A stretch of DNA of 62,831 nt, filler included, from Vannella sp. (lineage: Eukaryota), in assembly GCA_023345925.1 (NCBI GenBank). It is 6 parts of 6 records of this genome, joined end to end, with 100 filler letters (N's around TTAATTAATTAA, not from the genome) between each part and the next. Parts side by side here need not be neighbours in the genome. Positions count along the whole stretch, not along the records: positions 23,859 to 29,413 come from JAJQQN010000901.1; positions 29,514 to 35,561 come from JAJQQN010000634.1; positions 35,662 to 47,470 come from JAJQQN010000761.1; 3 more parts are not named here. One strand, given 5' to 3'. The stretch's first letter is position 1; each line of letters opens with the position of its first letter. Shown here in pieces: positions 24,126-37,630 of this stretch. The translations under genes were made by a program, and so were the position numbers. Under the pieces are notes generated by a model. That model ran no database searches and was not told the DNA's origin. It saw only the letters and a program-made list of their open reading frames with translations.

Positions 24126-26189
24126 TCACTGGTCTGGAAGCGTGTAGAAGACTTCCTCTTCGATGTGATCGGCGGAAGAGTCTTTCATCTCTTGGTGAGA
24201 TCGGGTGAGATTGGAAGAGATGCGGGTGGATCGGGTGACTGTCTCACGGCGAGAGATCTTCAGCCATGAGTCAAGATCACTGGAGTCGCTTTCTCCTTCC
24301 AAGCTTTCTCGAGAGCTTCGGAGATCCAACTCTTCGGCAAATGGATCCTGACGAGTGGGAGTGGCCAAGATGGCCAAAGTGGAAGGGAAGGAAAGGGAGC
24401 CATCCACAAATTCAAAATCAATGTCATCGTCTCGGTCTTCGGACAAATCCATGACAATCCAAGTCTCTGGCTCTGAAGAGGCCCGAATCTCTTTGGGAGC
24501 AGAACCTCCTTGCTCTGGATTATCTATTGCATTCGGCGGCAGCGCCGAATCTTCACTCAATTCAAAGAGTTCGCTTCCTTCTGAGTCCTCCAATTCAGTC
24601 ACTTCAAATACAGACTCTCCAGGAGCTCCGAAAGAAGAAGCGCGGCGCCTGGCCACTGGTTGAGAAGTAGCCAACCGGTTTCTGTGGTGGTCCATGTTTG
24701 CCGACTTTTTGGGCATCATGGAGGTGATGCGTTTTGGCTCCTTTTGGGGCGTTTGTGTCAGAGTTTTGAGGACTTTCTCTCGTGTGTGAGAGGATATAGG
24801 TACCCCTTCCATACTTGAAGAACCCTGCGGCCGAGGGGACTTCAAAGGGTCGAGAGCTTCTTTGTGAATGATTTTTCGTGAGAATTTGGTGGACATGGAA
24901 CGAAGAGACAGAGAGGAGAGTTTGCGAGCATCAGGAGATGGAGAAGGACTAGGAACTGCACCGAGACCAGGGCTAGAATGACTCAAGTGAACGGGAGTAA
25001 TCTGACTGCCTCTGCGGTACTTGGCGGCGCCGTCGAAGCGATAGCCTTCAGGAACACTGAAGAACGCTGTGTTTTGGGCATACATAAGCCGAGCTGTCTC
25101 CAAGTCCTTCATCCAAGCCATCCTCTCGTTCTCAGTGGGGGAGTTGAAGAGGAAAGCGCGACCGTCTTTCAGTTCCAATGTGAAAGAGAAAGACTTGGCC
25201 ACTCTCTTCGCCTCTTGGTCGAAGCACTTTGTGATACTACGGAAGCGAGATGCTTGGCACTCCTCCAGGGGCTCGCTGTTGCTGCGTGCAGCCTCTCGGG
25301 ACTTGAAGAGGAGAAGGCGCTCTTTGTGCAGGACTCCGAAGAGCTTCTGCCACTTCTTCTTGGTCCGCATGAATAGCTTGTCTTCCTTATGAGGTACCTG
25401 CACGTTCAGATGGTGGTCAGATTCTAAAGGAGGCTCTCTGGAGGGTCAAAGAGGTGCTTACAACCACAAAGAGATGAAGAGAGGTTGTTTCAGAGTCAGG
25501 AGGAGTGGCAATGCCCACTTTAACATCTCCTACATAACCTTCATCTCGTAGGGTTGATGCTAGAGGGATAAACTCGTCTACAGAAGGAGTTATCAGCACT
25601 TTCGCCACCACCCGAGTCACCTGTTTGGAGATTGGAGCCTCTTACATGTACATGCAGGCAAGGTTGCGACATCCATGGAACAGTTGTTACCAAAGCGCTG
25701 TACTATGCTGTCAATGATCTCCCGTGCGTTGCTCCTGTCGTCTGCCAGGTGCGTGCGAAAGGTTAAGTCCGCCATTAGGACGCGAACAGGCCGTCGCCGC
25801 TTGTTCCAATGAAGCTCTAGCTTAGAATTGCTCTCCTTCTTGTTGTAAGTAACCCTGCGCCACTCCAGTCACACGAGAGCCTTACCATGGCTTGGCTGAG
25901 GCGAAAGACCCTCATCGTGGACTCCTGCCACACCAAAGTGGAGTTTTCAACGTCGAAGAGTACCATACCAAAGTGAGAGCTATCCTGATGAAGCTCCTCT
26001 GCAATGAGAGCGGTCACTTCTTGCACTACCGCGAAACAATTAGTTCTCTCTCCACCAGGCCCCCCGCCACGCTCCCCCACCCTCCCACAAGGACGTACCA
26101 CTCATAAACTTAGCAAACACCATCTCAGAAGGCGGTTTCCCGCTCTCTAAGTGCACCCACAAGGTGACGTCGCCCTCTTCCAAGGCCAT
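24126..26189 (-). CDS. Talin-head-like F0/F1 ubiquitin-fold domains plus PH domain and disordered tail, several introns
   Basis: Spliced N-terminus reads ..VWQESTMRV..LHWNKRRRPVRVLMADLTFRTHLADDRSNAREIIDSIVQRFG. PH domain: KKWQKLFGVL...FNSPTENERMAW. Confidence 0.65.
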
Positions 26190-26262
26190 CCTCCAAATAC
26201 GCTGATTTCCTTCCCTTTGGAGTAGCAGAAGGTGATTTCCTTCATTTCTTCGGTAGGTGGTG

Positions 26263-27427
<1,165 letters not shown>

Positions 27428-27518
27428 ATCACCTTTCCTCGACAAGGTAGAGATGGAGAAGAGGAGGAAGAGAAAGGAGCGTTAGGGAAAGTCTTCATTG
27501 GCTGGCGATTGTATTAGA

Positions 27519-29413
27519 TTAGTAGATTTCGATGTATTCGTCCTTCTTCTTGCGGTGGCACCAGTATCCTGCGAGTGCAGTAACGATCGCAAGAACAGCA
27601 ATAAACAAGGCAATAGCACACAACACCCAAGTGGCAGTCTTGGGCTCCTTGGGCGTGGCCACAGGTTTGCCAGTAGTCTCAGGGCCACAGTTAATGTCCT
27701 TCCCAGAAGAGGAAAGATTAATGTTGTTCACGAGATCCACATTATTCGCTTCGTAGTCCACAGTACAATTGAGGGCCTTCCCGCAGCAGTTCAAGGCAGC
27801 ACCAGTAATAGCCTTATTGGATTGGAAGACTGAGTTGTGGATATTCACGACGTTTTGGATATCATCCAACTCAATGGCGCCTCCCAACTCCGCTCCAATG
27901 TTCCCGGCAAAGAAGCAGTTGCGCACATCGAAAGATACAAAGCCCACAGCGGCAATAGCACCCCCATATTGAGCTTCGTTGCTTGTAAAGTTGCAACCTT
28001 CCACCAAAAACTCACTCTTGGAGGTGTAAATGGCACCTCCGATGCTGTGAGGCTTGCGAAGGTTGCGGAAATTGCTTCCACGAACAACATAGCTGGCCTT
28101 CTCGTCCCGCTCTCCATTGAGAAGGAAGAGGCCACCCCCTGCTCCATTCTCTTCCACGACGTTATCAAACACGGTACAGTTGTTAATGAGCCAGGTGCCT
28201 CCCTCCAGAACAGCAAAGCGAGGGGAAGGCTGGTTACCAATAGACGAGAGAAGGTTAGCAGTGCTGCTATCAAGGATAGAAACAAAGATTGGCCCGCTGC
28301 GGCGAGCCACAAGACTCTGAATGGTGTAAAGTCCATTCTCCACGTTCTGAGTGCGGACGCGGACAGTGTAGTTGGACGCCAAATCGAACGCGCTGTCGCT
28401 CAGCACAAAGTTTCGGATCTCAGAGGCCCAGATGCCATTGACGACGTTGGAGATGGACGCTCTTTGCATCCGTACCTCGCCACCTGCATTACCGTAGATC
28501 CTCACAGCCTGTGCGAGTCCACTGATTGAGACATCGTCGAGCTGGATCAGCTTCGAAGTGCTGGGAGAGGTGGAGTTGTAGAGGATCCCCATGTCGCTCA
28601 CAGACTCTGAGATCGAGATGCCGGTTCCCTTGAATGAGCCCTCGTACAGTGCGATCGTGTACTTGGAAGTGATCCCTTGGAAGGAGAGCTGGCTGAACTC
28701 AAAGGTCGAAGGGGTAGTCAACGAGACACCACCGCCAGTCTTAAAGTCGCAGCGGGAGAAGGAGTTGCCTGACTGTTTGAGCTGATCAGACTCAAGGAGG
28801 ACACCGAAGCTCTCTGCCTTAGTAAAGGAGGTGTCAACGACGGAGAACCCTTTGACCCCGACGGCGTAGATCCCTACTCCGTTTCCGACTTGTCCTTGCT
28901 CGTTGCCGATGTCTGTGAAGGTGCAGTTCTCCACCAGGACGTTACCAGAGGCAGCGTTGATTCCACATCCAACAGAAGCGATGTCCACGGAGCTTAGGGA
29001 GAGGAAAGCTGCACCCTGTCCTGCGGAGGGAGTAAACAGGAAACCAGTGGGGCAGTTGCGTACAGCCACGTTGATCACTTGGAGGAAGGAAGAAGTACGG
29101 AAGGCTGCGTCAAAGAGGTGCTCACAGTCGAAAAGGACAGCGCTGCGGGACAGCCCAGAGGCGGCAGAGAGGACGAGGTCGTGTCGTGACAAAGAGGTGA
29201 AGATGTTGCGCTCTCCAGTGTACGTGCCAGCTCCAAACTCGACATAGACAAAGCCTGTAACGTTGTTGCTGTTCAAAACATCCAAAACACCTTGCAAGGA
29301 GGCGCAAGAGCTCTCTGCCGTCGTACAGTTGTTCGAGTCGCTTCCCGCATTACCATTCACAAAGTAGTGGTCCACTGCTGCCATCGAGTAACCTAGACAA
29401 CACACCAACATCA
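27519..29413 (-). CDS. Cell-surface right-handed beta-helix (pectin-lyase fold / Pmp-repeat) type I membrane protein, start at the contig edge
   Basis: GSDSNNC..C cap, GGAI and FxxN repeats, C-terminal TM helix and short tail DEYIEIY. Confidence 0.82.
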
Positions 29414-29513
29414 NNNNNNNNNNNNNNNNNNNNNNNNNNNNNNNNNNNNNNNNNNNNTTAATTAATTAANNNNNNNNNNNNNNNNNNNNNNNNNNNNNNN
29501 NNNNNNNNNNNNN
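29414..29513. other. Artificial contig-joining linker
   Basis: N-TTAATTAATTAA-N. Confidence 0.98.
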
Positions 29514-29924
29514 CTGTTTGCGTGTCCCACAAACAAGAGCTTTGAGAGTGAAGCCCAGAAGAAGCTTGGGCCTTCTGCAAGAGCGTGCAGTTGACTGAAC
29601 CCGCATTAGCTACTTTTCCTGCTTGATCCGAGCTCTCTGACGTACCAATGTACTTGTAGTTAGGATTCATGTCGCGTAGTTGCTCAATCGTATTCACAAG
29701 GATGTTCTGAGTCAGAGCAGGGATCTTCCCTTGGTCGTACACCTCGTAATGGAGGTTCGTGTCTACAACCTGCTCCCCGTCACACCTCCGAGCAGAACAA
29801 CTCTTCCTCACTCACCTGCTTGATGATGGCGGCCACCTTGTCCACAACAAACGTCTGAGGTCCCGTCCTAGTAAGCCCTCCCCAGCTCCTCCCTCGCCTT
29901 CTCCCTTTCCCTCACCTGAGCCAT
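29514..29924 (-). CDS. DYNLT1: Dynein light chain Tctex-1 family, 3 introns, 3' end lost in the gap
   Basis: Spliced MAQ|TFVVDKVAAIIKQ|VVDTNL..NYKYI|VNCTLLQK..GLHSQSSCLWD matches the Tctex-1 KYIVxC..Q..G.H..SSC.WD pattern. Confidence 0.85.
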
Positions 29925-30155
29925 CCCGAAAATGATCTTTTGGGCGTTGGCGTTTGGGAACATCAAGAAGCAACCAAGCCTTCCATTCGGGGACTCTCAG
30001 TAGCTCCCTAGACAGCGATTGCTTGGGTGTGGGCCTGGAGACGCACTGAAGAGCCTTTCAGTCCTTCCCTCCTCGCCAACAAGTGCGCTCTTTCGCGCTT
30101 TACCACTCTGACTTCAAGAAGAGAATGAGCTACTTTGTAGTAGAACGCTTCCTCT

Positions 30156-31044
30156 CTAAATGGCTGTCCCTCGTTCGAGGTTTTGGCGCGTCTCAGTGGT
30201 GTACTTGTCGTAGGCGCGAGACAGTTTGGCGTTGAACTTGCGGTTGCGTTCGTTGATGTAATCGACATCGTGGTCTTCGTTGAAGGCTCGTCTGCGGCTG
30301 AAGTTGTAACGAGAGACTTGGCTTGTTGTGAGCTCTTCCACCATGCGGTTGACGTTAGCTTGGGGAAGTGCAGGGGTCTGTCCGAGATCGAGAGAGTTGG
30401 CATCAGGGAAGAACCTGTCTCCGTACTCCGCCTTTTGCTTCTCGTACTCCTCATGAGCGTAAGGCATCTGCTTCGTGCGCTTTTGATAGGAATGATACGA
30501 TGCTTCTTCATTGTATGCTACGTTCCTTTAGTTCGCTGCTCCTCGCATTACTCTGTCTACTCACCAGAAGGGCGAACACCCGCTGCTTTGGCCTTCCTCT
30601 TGGACTGCTTCGTTTGCCACTGCGCTTGTTCAGCTGTGATGTTTCGGATACCACTGGGATCATCCTTTGTGGGGTTAGGATGAGCTACAATGAGAGGAAG
30701 GACTCACATCACCGCGCCGCCGCTTCTTTCCAACAGATTCCCCTGTTGCGTCTTCCAGCTTCTTCCCAGCCTTTACTCGCTCTTCGTCGATGATGTCTTG
30801 TTTGTTGGACTCTCTACAGTGTTGCTACACCTGAATCAGTACCGCTGGAGCTCAATTTGGCCCAACCTACTGCTCGATGGCGAATGTCCTGCAACCTCTT
30901 CTCAAAGGGGGACAGCGGCGAGTCCTCCTCCACCACAGATCGCCCTTTCACTGCATTGGCGGCCCCCTTTCCCGCCTGCACCTTCGGCAGGTGTTCATCG
31001 TCCAAAGTGGAAGGCGGCGCGATGGCAACTCCCCTCGAGCTCAT
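30156..31044 (-). CDS. SYF2: Pre-mRNA splicing factor SYF2, 3 introns
   Basis: C-terminal SRRR..DVDYINERNRKFNAKLSRAYDKYT..RQNLERGTAI. Confidence 0.92.
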
Positions 31045-31252
31045 TGGAAATGACCTTCAACCTGATCGCACAAGCCCGTTAAACCACTTGCCATTCGATT
31101 GACTGGGTTTTTTAACGTGATTCCCGCAGAGTGCGCCAGAACTTTTCCTTCGTTTTTTCAACGAATAAAAATTTTAAAAAATTGTTTCCGGGATCCTTAG
31201 TGGCTTGGTTGTGCGTCTCTGTTGAACATGGCATGACGCGCTCTTTGATGGG

Positions 31253-31765
31253 ATGACGGGATTAGTGTCCAAGCTCTTGCAGACTCATTTCCTGTTTGCT
31301 AGAGGAGGGATGGCGACATCTGCTGTGAATGGATTCTATCGTTTCCAGCCTTACGTGTGGGGCGCGTGTTCAACGTTCTTCTTTGGGCTAGGGATACGCT
31401 ACTTCATGCGCTACCAAGAAGTCAGGGCGGAGTGCCTGGGAGAGGTGGGAGGGAGGCTGACGCTGTTGGAACCCCGCCATCACCTCCTCATGGACGCTCA
31501 AGCTAAAGAGGTTCTTCTCAACACATTCCAAGGCATAGCAGCGGGTGTTCAGGCTATCCCTGATCGGTTTACACCAACGAGAACGGTTCCTCGAAACATA
31601 TTCTTTGGGATGCGGCTCAGCCTGCTTGTTGGCTTCTTCTGGATTGCCCTTCCTCGTGCTCTTGAGGCTCGATCAGTTCGCCACGAAGTTATAGAATCGA
31701 TAGGCGCGCCATTGTCTTCCCCTCCACCCTCCTTCTCTCACAAGTCAACGAAAGATTCACAATAA
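31253..31765 (+). CDS. Hypothetical small membrane protein (two hydrophobic segments)
   Basis: 170-aa ORF filling the space between SYF2 and RTEL1. No family recognised. Confidence 0.6.
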   Translation: MTGLVSKLLQTHFLFARGGMATSAVNGFYRFQPYVWGACSTFFFGLGIRYFMRYQEVRAECLGEVGGRLTLLEPRHHLLMDAQAKEVLLNTFQGIAAGVQAIPDRFTPTRTVPRNIFFGMRLSLLVGFFWIALPRALEARSVRHEVIESIGAPLSSPPPSFSHKSTKDSQ

Positions 31766-31791
31766 TAGACCCCCAAAACACTCTTTTGGTC

Positions 31792-34700
31792 TCAGATATC
31801 CCAGTAATGATCAGCTATCACATGAGTAGTAATGTGTTGGAAGTAGTATCTGCTAAAAACCATGTCAACGAAGCTACCAACGCAAGTGAACTCCAAAAAG
31901 AGCAAAATGAGATGAGGCCACAAATAGGTGAAGAAGAGTTTAGTCAATTGCTTTTGGCGGACGCGGTTTCGGCAAACTGGGCAGCTCAATTGTTCACTGA
32001 GCCACTGATCCCAGCAGGATTTGCAGCAGGTGTGGCCACATCTCGCTACAAAGGGAGCTGTCGCAGTCTCCTGACAGACAGAGCATTTCAGACCTCCACT
32101 TTCACTTGATTCATCGTTCTCGATGAGCTGACTCTCAAACACTTGATGCTCTTTAGACAGTTCCACAACTTGGCTGGTAGTAGGCTGTGGCAACTCTTCA
32201 GGTGCCTTGGACACTGAAGCATCCAACAACGGCTCTGATGCAGTGAAACGGGGAAGTTTCTTTGTCACTACTTTGCCAGTAACTAAATCCAACCTCCCTT
32301 TCTTTGGAGAAGGCAGCGCAATTTGAGAGTGGAACTCGAAATCGATACTTCTTGCAGTTGTGGGAGGTTGCCCGACAAAGTCTATCTCAGTGTCAAGCGA
32401 GGAGTCCTCTGCAAGGTCTTCAGCAAGTGACAATAAAGGCAAGGAAACAGGCTGTTCTGGAGCGAGATCTGGCGTAGAGTTTGTGACTTCTGAGAGCCGG
32501 CTCGGTGTTGGAGTGAAAATGGTTGCAAGAAGATCTGAATAGGCAGCTTTGTGCTTGGGGGGGATGAATGTAGCGAATCCTTTCAACAAAGGCTTCTTAG
32601 CATCAGAGTTGAATAAGCCTTGTACGGAAGTCACTAATTGGTCAATCGGAAGTGATTTAGCCCGGTATTCGCGAAGGTAAGTTTGGAACTCATGATACTC
32701 TTTCTCATCCAGAGTGAGCTTTGCGTCCTTGATGAATTGGACTGCATTTTCAGCTTTGTTTGCCTTTTTGTCAGGTCGAACAGCGTGTTTGATAGGTTCT
32801 AAGCCACTTTTCAAGGCAGAAAAAGAGCTCTGAAGAGTTCCCTGCTTTTCTAGTTCTGTTCGGGCTCGCTTTCCAAGGTTTGATGGAACAGCTACTGCAG
32901 CGGCGGGCACTATCGAACGGGGAGGCTTGAATTTTTGCCGGACAGGAGGTTTGGTAATTGTTACAGATGGACCTTCCTCAACTACAGCAGAGAGCAACCT
33001 GGACTTCGTTGGGGTGACGAAATTCTCCTTTGCATGCTTGAAGAACTTTGCCAGACCCATCGTAACTTCTCCGAACTATCTCCTGTTAAACAGTGGTACT
33101 TATGGGGGTATCACATACCTTGCTGTACACCTGAGTGTGGGGTCGGAGCCAAGAGGAGAGTTGATTTCGGTTCTGAGAGAATCCAAAGCGTTCATCACAG
33201 AGGATGATGGCTCCGTAATCGAGTCGATGCCGGATTACTCTCCCAACAGCCTGGTTGACAGCACGACTAGCCTGTTGCGTGTACCATTCGTTTCCAGTGA
33301 GTGGTTTGATATGCTTTGTGCCCTTGGCTGCGCGGTCGAGATACTCCTGCTTAAGCTTAACTCGCTGGTCAGCCATGTTCGGAAAGGGTATTCCGGTGAC
33401 AATGACGGCCCGGCCATTATCGTTCGCAAAGTCCAAACCCTCGCTGACCTTACCGCGACAAACAGCAAAGAACACAGCGCCCTTCTCATCAGGGTCGTTA
33501 ATCTTTCTGTAAAAGTCCTCAATAGTATCGTTAAGGATTGTTCCGTCGCGCGGCTCTGTGACTGGCTTCTTGTGGCGAAGTATTCGGTCCCAAATTGGCT
33601 CCTTATCGCCAATACCAGCCTTCCAGATGTTGATATACTGATCCATAATCCCATAGGAAGAGAAGAATACGAGTAGACCAGCCGGCACCATTCGGCAGAA
33701 GTTGGCAATCGTATCTCCAAGCTCTTGAATAAAGGAGCTATCATTGCGGGTGCGATACGAAGTATTCAAAGCTTTCCCTGAAGGCCCACACGAGACAACA
33801 CCTATCCAAATCTGCGAACGGTCAATAACGTGTGGATTCTCAAGCTGAATCGGGAATTCTCTTTAACACTGGTTAGTCTCTCAACTTCCATTGAAGAGGT
33901 TTGAACTTACGTCTGAAGTTCAAAAGCAAAAGAGTCAAGAGGCGAGAGAGTGCCGCTGGTTAGAATGAAGCTACGAATGCCAGATTTCTTCAGCGATTGC
34001 ATTGCCACTCCAGAGTTAAAGCACCAAAAGTTGATGTTGCGAGTACTTGCCCCAGGTCTGTTGTAACCTTGCCTTTCTGCCTTGTTCTCATCAATAAAGA
34101 CCTACAAAGAATTAGGACTTCCTGGCTCGTTCTTAGGCTAAAACAGACCTTATAGTACTGAGCTACGAGGGCTGGAGAATTTTCTGCAAACACGATTGAA
34201 AGTGCTGAAGAGAGCTGCTCCAAATAGAAAGTTGTTCCCCCGCCCAACTCATCTGAAGCGATCTTAGTCTCAGCAACATGTCGCCCTGTTTCGAGTCTTA
34301 CCAGTAACAAGAGTTACAACGGCATCAAGAACCTCCTTCACCAAGGTATAGTTATCTGATATAATGCCAGCTACCTCAAATAGTTCGAAGATGTACTCCC
34401 CAGGCTTGATAAGTCCATTTGAGGGAAGGCTCATTGTGACAAGATGATTTTCCAACACTGTAATCATGTCTCGGAGAAGTTGGAGACTCTCCTTACTGAC
34501 ATCATGCGCTTCTAGAAATGCAGAAGAAGCAGCTGCCATTTGAATGCATTGTTGAACCAGCTCCAGGCATTTGGTCAACGTTGTGCTCTGGATTTGGAAT
34601 GAAGCTGCTTCGCTACAGACACTCTCCTACATTCACGTAAATAAGCACGCCATCTGCTCATGCTCGCTAGATGTACTCACAAGATTGTGTGCTTCATCGA

Positions 34701-35561
34701 AGATGAGAACGGACCCTTTCAAGTCAATATTCAAGGACTTCCGAGAATTAGGGTCAATCAGGTAATTGTAAGGTACCAAGATGATATCTGAATCCATCTG
34801 CATCTCTTTGCTGACGTAATAAGGGCAAACATTGTGCTTTTTGCCCAACTTGACCAAATCCTCAATCGCCAAAGGTTCATCTGCAAAGTCGTGGTGGTTC
34901 TTAAACTCTACTTGAGTGGTCAAAAGATATCTGAATGTCTATAGACTCCCTACCTGAGACCTGGTGTTGGAATCGGCACTTTCTTTGGGTGACCAAGCGC
35001 CGGCAAAGGTTCCCTTGCGTGTTTGGGGGCTTGCTGGCCACCTCAGCATTGATGCAAAGCTGCTTACGTGAGCCGAGAATGCTAGCCTTGGGACTAATCC
35101 AACTTTAAGAGGTGATTCAAGGGAGAATGAGAAGCGGACGAACCTGTAAGGGCAATTTTTCAGTTCCTCCATCACCTGGGAGAGTTGGCTGTGGGTCCTT
35201 GAAGCGTATATGATCTTTGGGGCCTCTCGGTTTACTTTCCTATGGATCAACTGTGAAGGTGTAGCGTTCGTAGCCGTTTCTTCAGGAGTGAATTGGAGAA
35301 GTCCGCTCTCAAACAACTTCGAAAGGCGATCAATCTCGGTTCGGACATGGTGAGAGCGCCAGGCCAATGTGGCGCACACCAAACAAAGCGTTTTACCGGT
35401 CCCGGTGGGGCTCTCCAAAAGCGCATTCTTACTCTGTACAAGATAAGGGATCAGCCGCACGATGGAAAGAGAATCACTCGCACCTCCTCTAGACTCTGGA
35501 TCACCTTCTCCATATAAACCAATTGGCAATCATACGCATCGAACGGGAAGTTCACAGCGAT
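31792..35561 (-). CDS. RTEL1: RTEL1-type Fe-S DNA helicase with harmonin-like domain and C-terminal RING, start lost in the gap, about 8 introns
   Basis: NFPFDAY, ALLESPTGTGKT, YASRTHSQLSQV, CPYY, DEAHN, ILTSGTLSPL, CRGKVSEGLDF, RAVNQAVGRVIRH, F..FIPPKHK, and a C3HC4 RING. Confidence 0.9.
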
Positions 35562-35661
35562 NNNNNNNNNNNNNNNNNNNNNNNNNNNNNNNNNNNNNNN
35601 NNNNNTTAATTAATTAANNNNNNNNNNNNNNNNNNNNNNNNNNNNNNNNNNNNNNNNNNNN
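35562..35661. other. Artificial contig-joining linker
   Basis: N-TTAATTAATTAA-N. Confidence 0.98.
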
Positions 35662-35662
35662 T

Positions 35663-36475
35663 AAAGGGGAGCAAGTACAGAGTCCCACATCACTCCTTTG
35701 TGCTCCAGAGGAGCCAGAAGTAGCTGTGTTCGCTCCTGCTCTCCCCAACAGGTTCCTCTTGATGGTTCTTGTTCAACTTCCTCTCCGAGACGTCAATAGG
35801 GCCGCCCAAGTATGCCACCAATGGAGGATGGCAGCGAGTAACAACTCCTTCTGGCGCTCAGCCTTGCAGAAGCGTTTCCCCCTCTTCCCTCTCCTTCGTC
35901 TGGGCAAACTCCGTCCCATGGGTCTCGCTCGAAGCCTGTTCAACGCAGAGCCAGTCTCATGGAGTACCCCTCTTGCATATGCTCCCGAATTAGGCCACTA
36001 CGGAGCGTACGCGTGGCACATCAGGATGGTATCGCGCACGAGAGCACAGGACCAGCTTCAAAGGCTGATGGGAGTGGCCAAGCCCACGATCCTTCTGGGT
36101 ATAGAGATACAAGACCCTTCAAGAGAGGCATTGGCTTCCTTACTACCCTCCGAAAACATACCAGCGAGGGCCCTGGCGCGACCCTCCAAACCGATTCGAT
36201 CTTCCTTTGCGTTGCCTTCGTACGAGACCGAAGCCTTACTTGTCATTGATTGTATAAGATCTTCCTTTGCTGTGTTCTTACCTTCAGGCCCGGACCAAAG
36301 CCTCCTTGTACATTCCGATGGTTGGAAGTCCTTCCCCTCAGCTCTTCGCACCCTCTCTGGTCGTCGCCTTCAACCCTTCTGTAGTTCTCGAAGTTGTACC
36401 ATCGAAATGGACATCGCCAGCTTAAGTGGCGAGCGAACCCAACGCCTGATAGCGTGTGAAGCACCGGCACAATAA
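35663..36475 (+). CDS. F-box protein, 5'-truncated at the gap
   Basis: LPNRFLLMVLVQLPLRDVNRAAQVCHQWRMAASNNSFWR. The frame is open to the contig edge. Confidence 0.75.
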   Translation, partial: KGEQVQSPTSLLCAPEEPEVAVFAPALPNRFLLMVLVQLPLRDVNRAAQVCHQWRMAASNNSFWRSALQKRFPLFPLLRLGKLRPMGLARSLFNAEPVSWSTPLAYAPELGHYGAYAWHIRMVSRTRAQDQLQRLMGVAKPTILLGIEIQDPSREALASLLPSENIPARALARPSKPIRSSFALPSYETEALLVIDCIRSSFAVFLPSGPDQSLLVHSDGWKSFPSALRTLSGRRLQPFCSSRSCTIEMDIASLSGERTQRLIACEAPAQ

Positions 36476-36518
36476 AGCGGTTGGAGACCCAAAAGGCAAG
36501 TTTAGGAAGAGGCGCCCC

Positions 36519-37616
36519 TCAGCGGCGACTAAGAAAGCGGTCCAAACGAACAGAGACTCCTGATTCGCGGTCAAACACTTGAGCTAGCTCATCAGAGAGC
36601 TCCTCTCCGCTGATGATGAGATTGATCAAAGAGTTCTCCTCTTCTTCAAGAGAGAGGACAATCCGGTCCACTTCCATGTACTGACGAGGCGCAGGTGCCT
36701 CCACACTGACATGGTCACTGGTTATACGAGCTCGAATCTCCTTGTGGCTGCGTCCCTTGGCCCCGTTGTTCCACGACACTCGGAGAATGAGAAGCGCTTG
36801 GCTCAGATCGGCTTCCACCTCCACCCGGAGAGCCAGCCCGGAGGAGTTCGTGTACAGGTCAGTGATGCCTTCCAAACCAGCGATACCAGAGCGACCCTTG
36901 AGCGGGATCCGCTGGACCACAGAGCCTTCCGAGAAGCGTTCAGAGTCTTGGAGGAGTGCACGGAGGTCAAAGTCGAACTCGAGAGTCTCTCTCGTGTACA
37001 AGTTGGTCTCTAATGATGCAGAGGAGAAGGAAAGCACCCCAGCAAAGAGCAAAAGCCAGCCGTTCGGAAAGTTCTCTTTCCTCTCGATCTCTTTCTTGTC
37101 TGAGGCCTGGACCGTTGAAAGGTGCTTCTGTAGTGAAGTGACATGCCATTGGGCCCTCACTTCAGGTAAAGCGCGCTTCACCAAGTCGCGGAGACCTTCA
37201 CGGTCCTCCAGAAGCTCAGGGCGGGCCATATTGGGCAGGAGGAGGCATCCTGTGGTGCTTCTAGTGAGGCTCAACGATGCATGGTCCTTCCAATGCTTCA
37301 GTGTGAACTGGAGGATGCTCTGAGCACAAGGACGGCGCCCTGCAAAGAGATCCTCCTCCCGTACCACAGTCAAAGTCGCTCCTCCGTCTCCCACCTCGAG
37401 CTCCAGAGGGATAGAAGCCGTCAAACATACAAAGTAACCATTCCTATTCTTCCCAATGCACATAAACTCGTTCAAATAAGCCCACGCGCGACCCGCAGAC
37501 TCCAAATCGCATTGCAAAGTAAAGTAGCTGCAGAACAGCTCCACCTCCATGCCAGGCCCCCAAACAATGCCAAAGGAAGAAGGCAATCGACCAGCAGACG
37601 GTTCTGTTCGTCTCAT
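36519..37616 (-). CDS. Hypothetical protein (start at 37616 or 37550)
   Basis: 365-aa ORF with globular composition filling the interval. No family recognised. Confidence 0.6.
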   Translation of the reverse strand: MRRTEPSAGRLPSSFGIVWGPGMEVELFCSYFTLQCDLESAGRAWAYLNEFMCIGKNRNGYFVCLTASIPLELEVGDGGATLTVVREEDLFAGRRPCAQSILQFTLKHWKDHASLSLTRSTTGCLLLPNMARPELLEDREGLRDLVKRALPEVRAQWHVTSLQKHLSTVQASDKKEIERKENFPNGWLLLFAGVLSFSSASLETNLYTRETLEFDFDLRALLQDSERFSEGSVVQRIPLKGRSGIAGLEGITDLYTNSSGLALRVEVEADLSQALLILRVSWNNGAKGRSHKEIRARITSDHVSVEAPAPRQYMEVDRIVLSLEEEENSLINLIISGEELSDELAQVFDRESGVSVRLDRFLSRR

Positions 37617-37630
37617 TTCCTCGTTTCGGG

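Noticed and set aside
27519..29413. Pmp-like repeats as evidence of bacterial contamination or recent transfer
   Set aside because: It has a eukaryotic TM anchor and tail with no autotransporter barrel, and lies next to intron-containing WDR5. Such proteins are widespread in protists.
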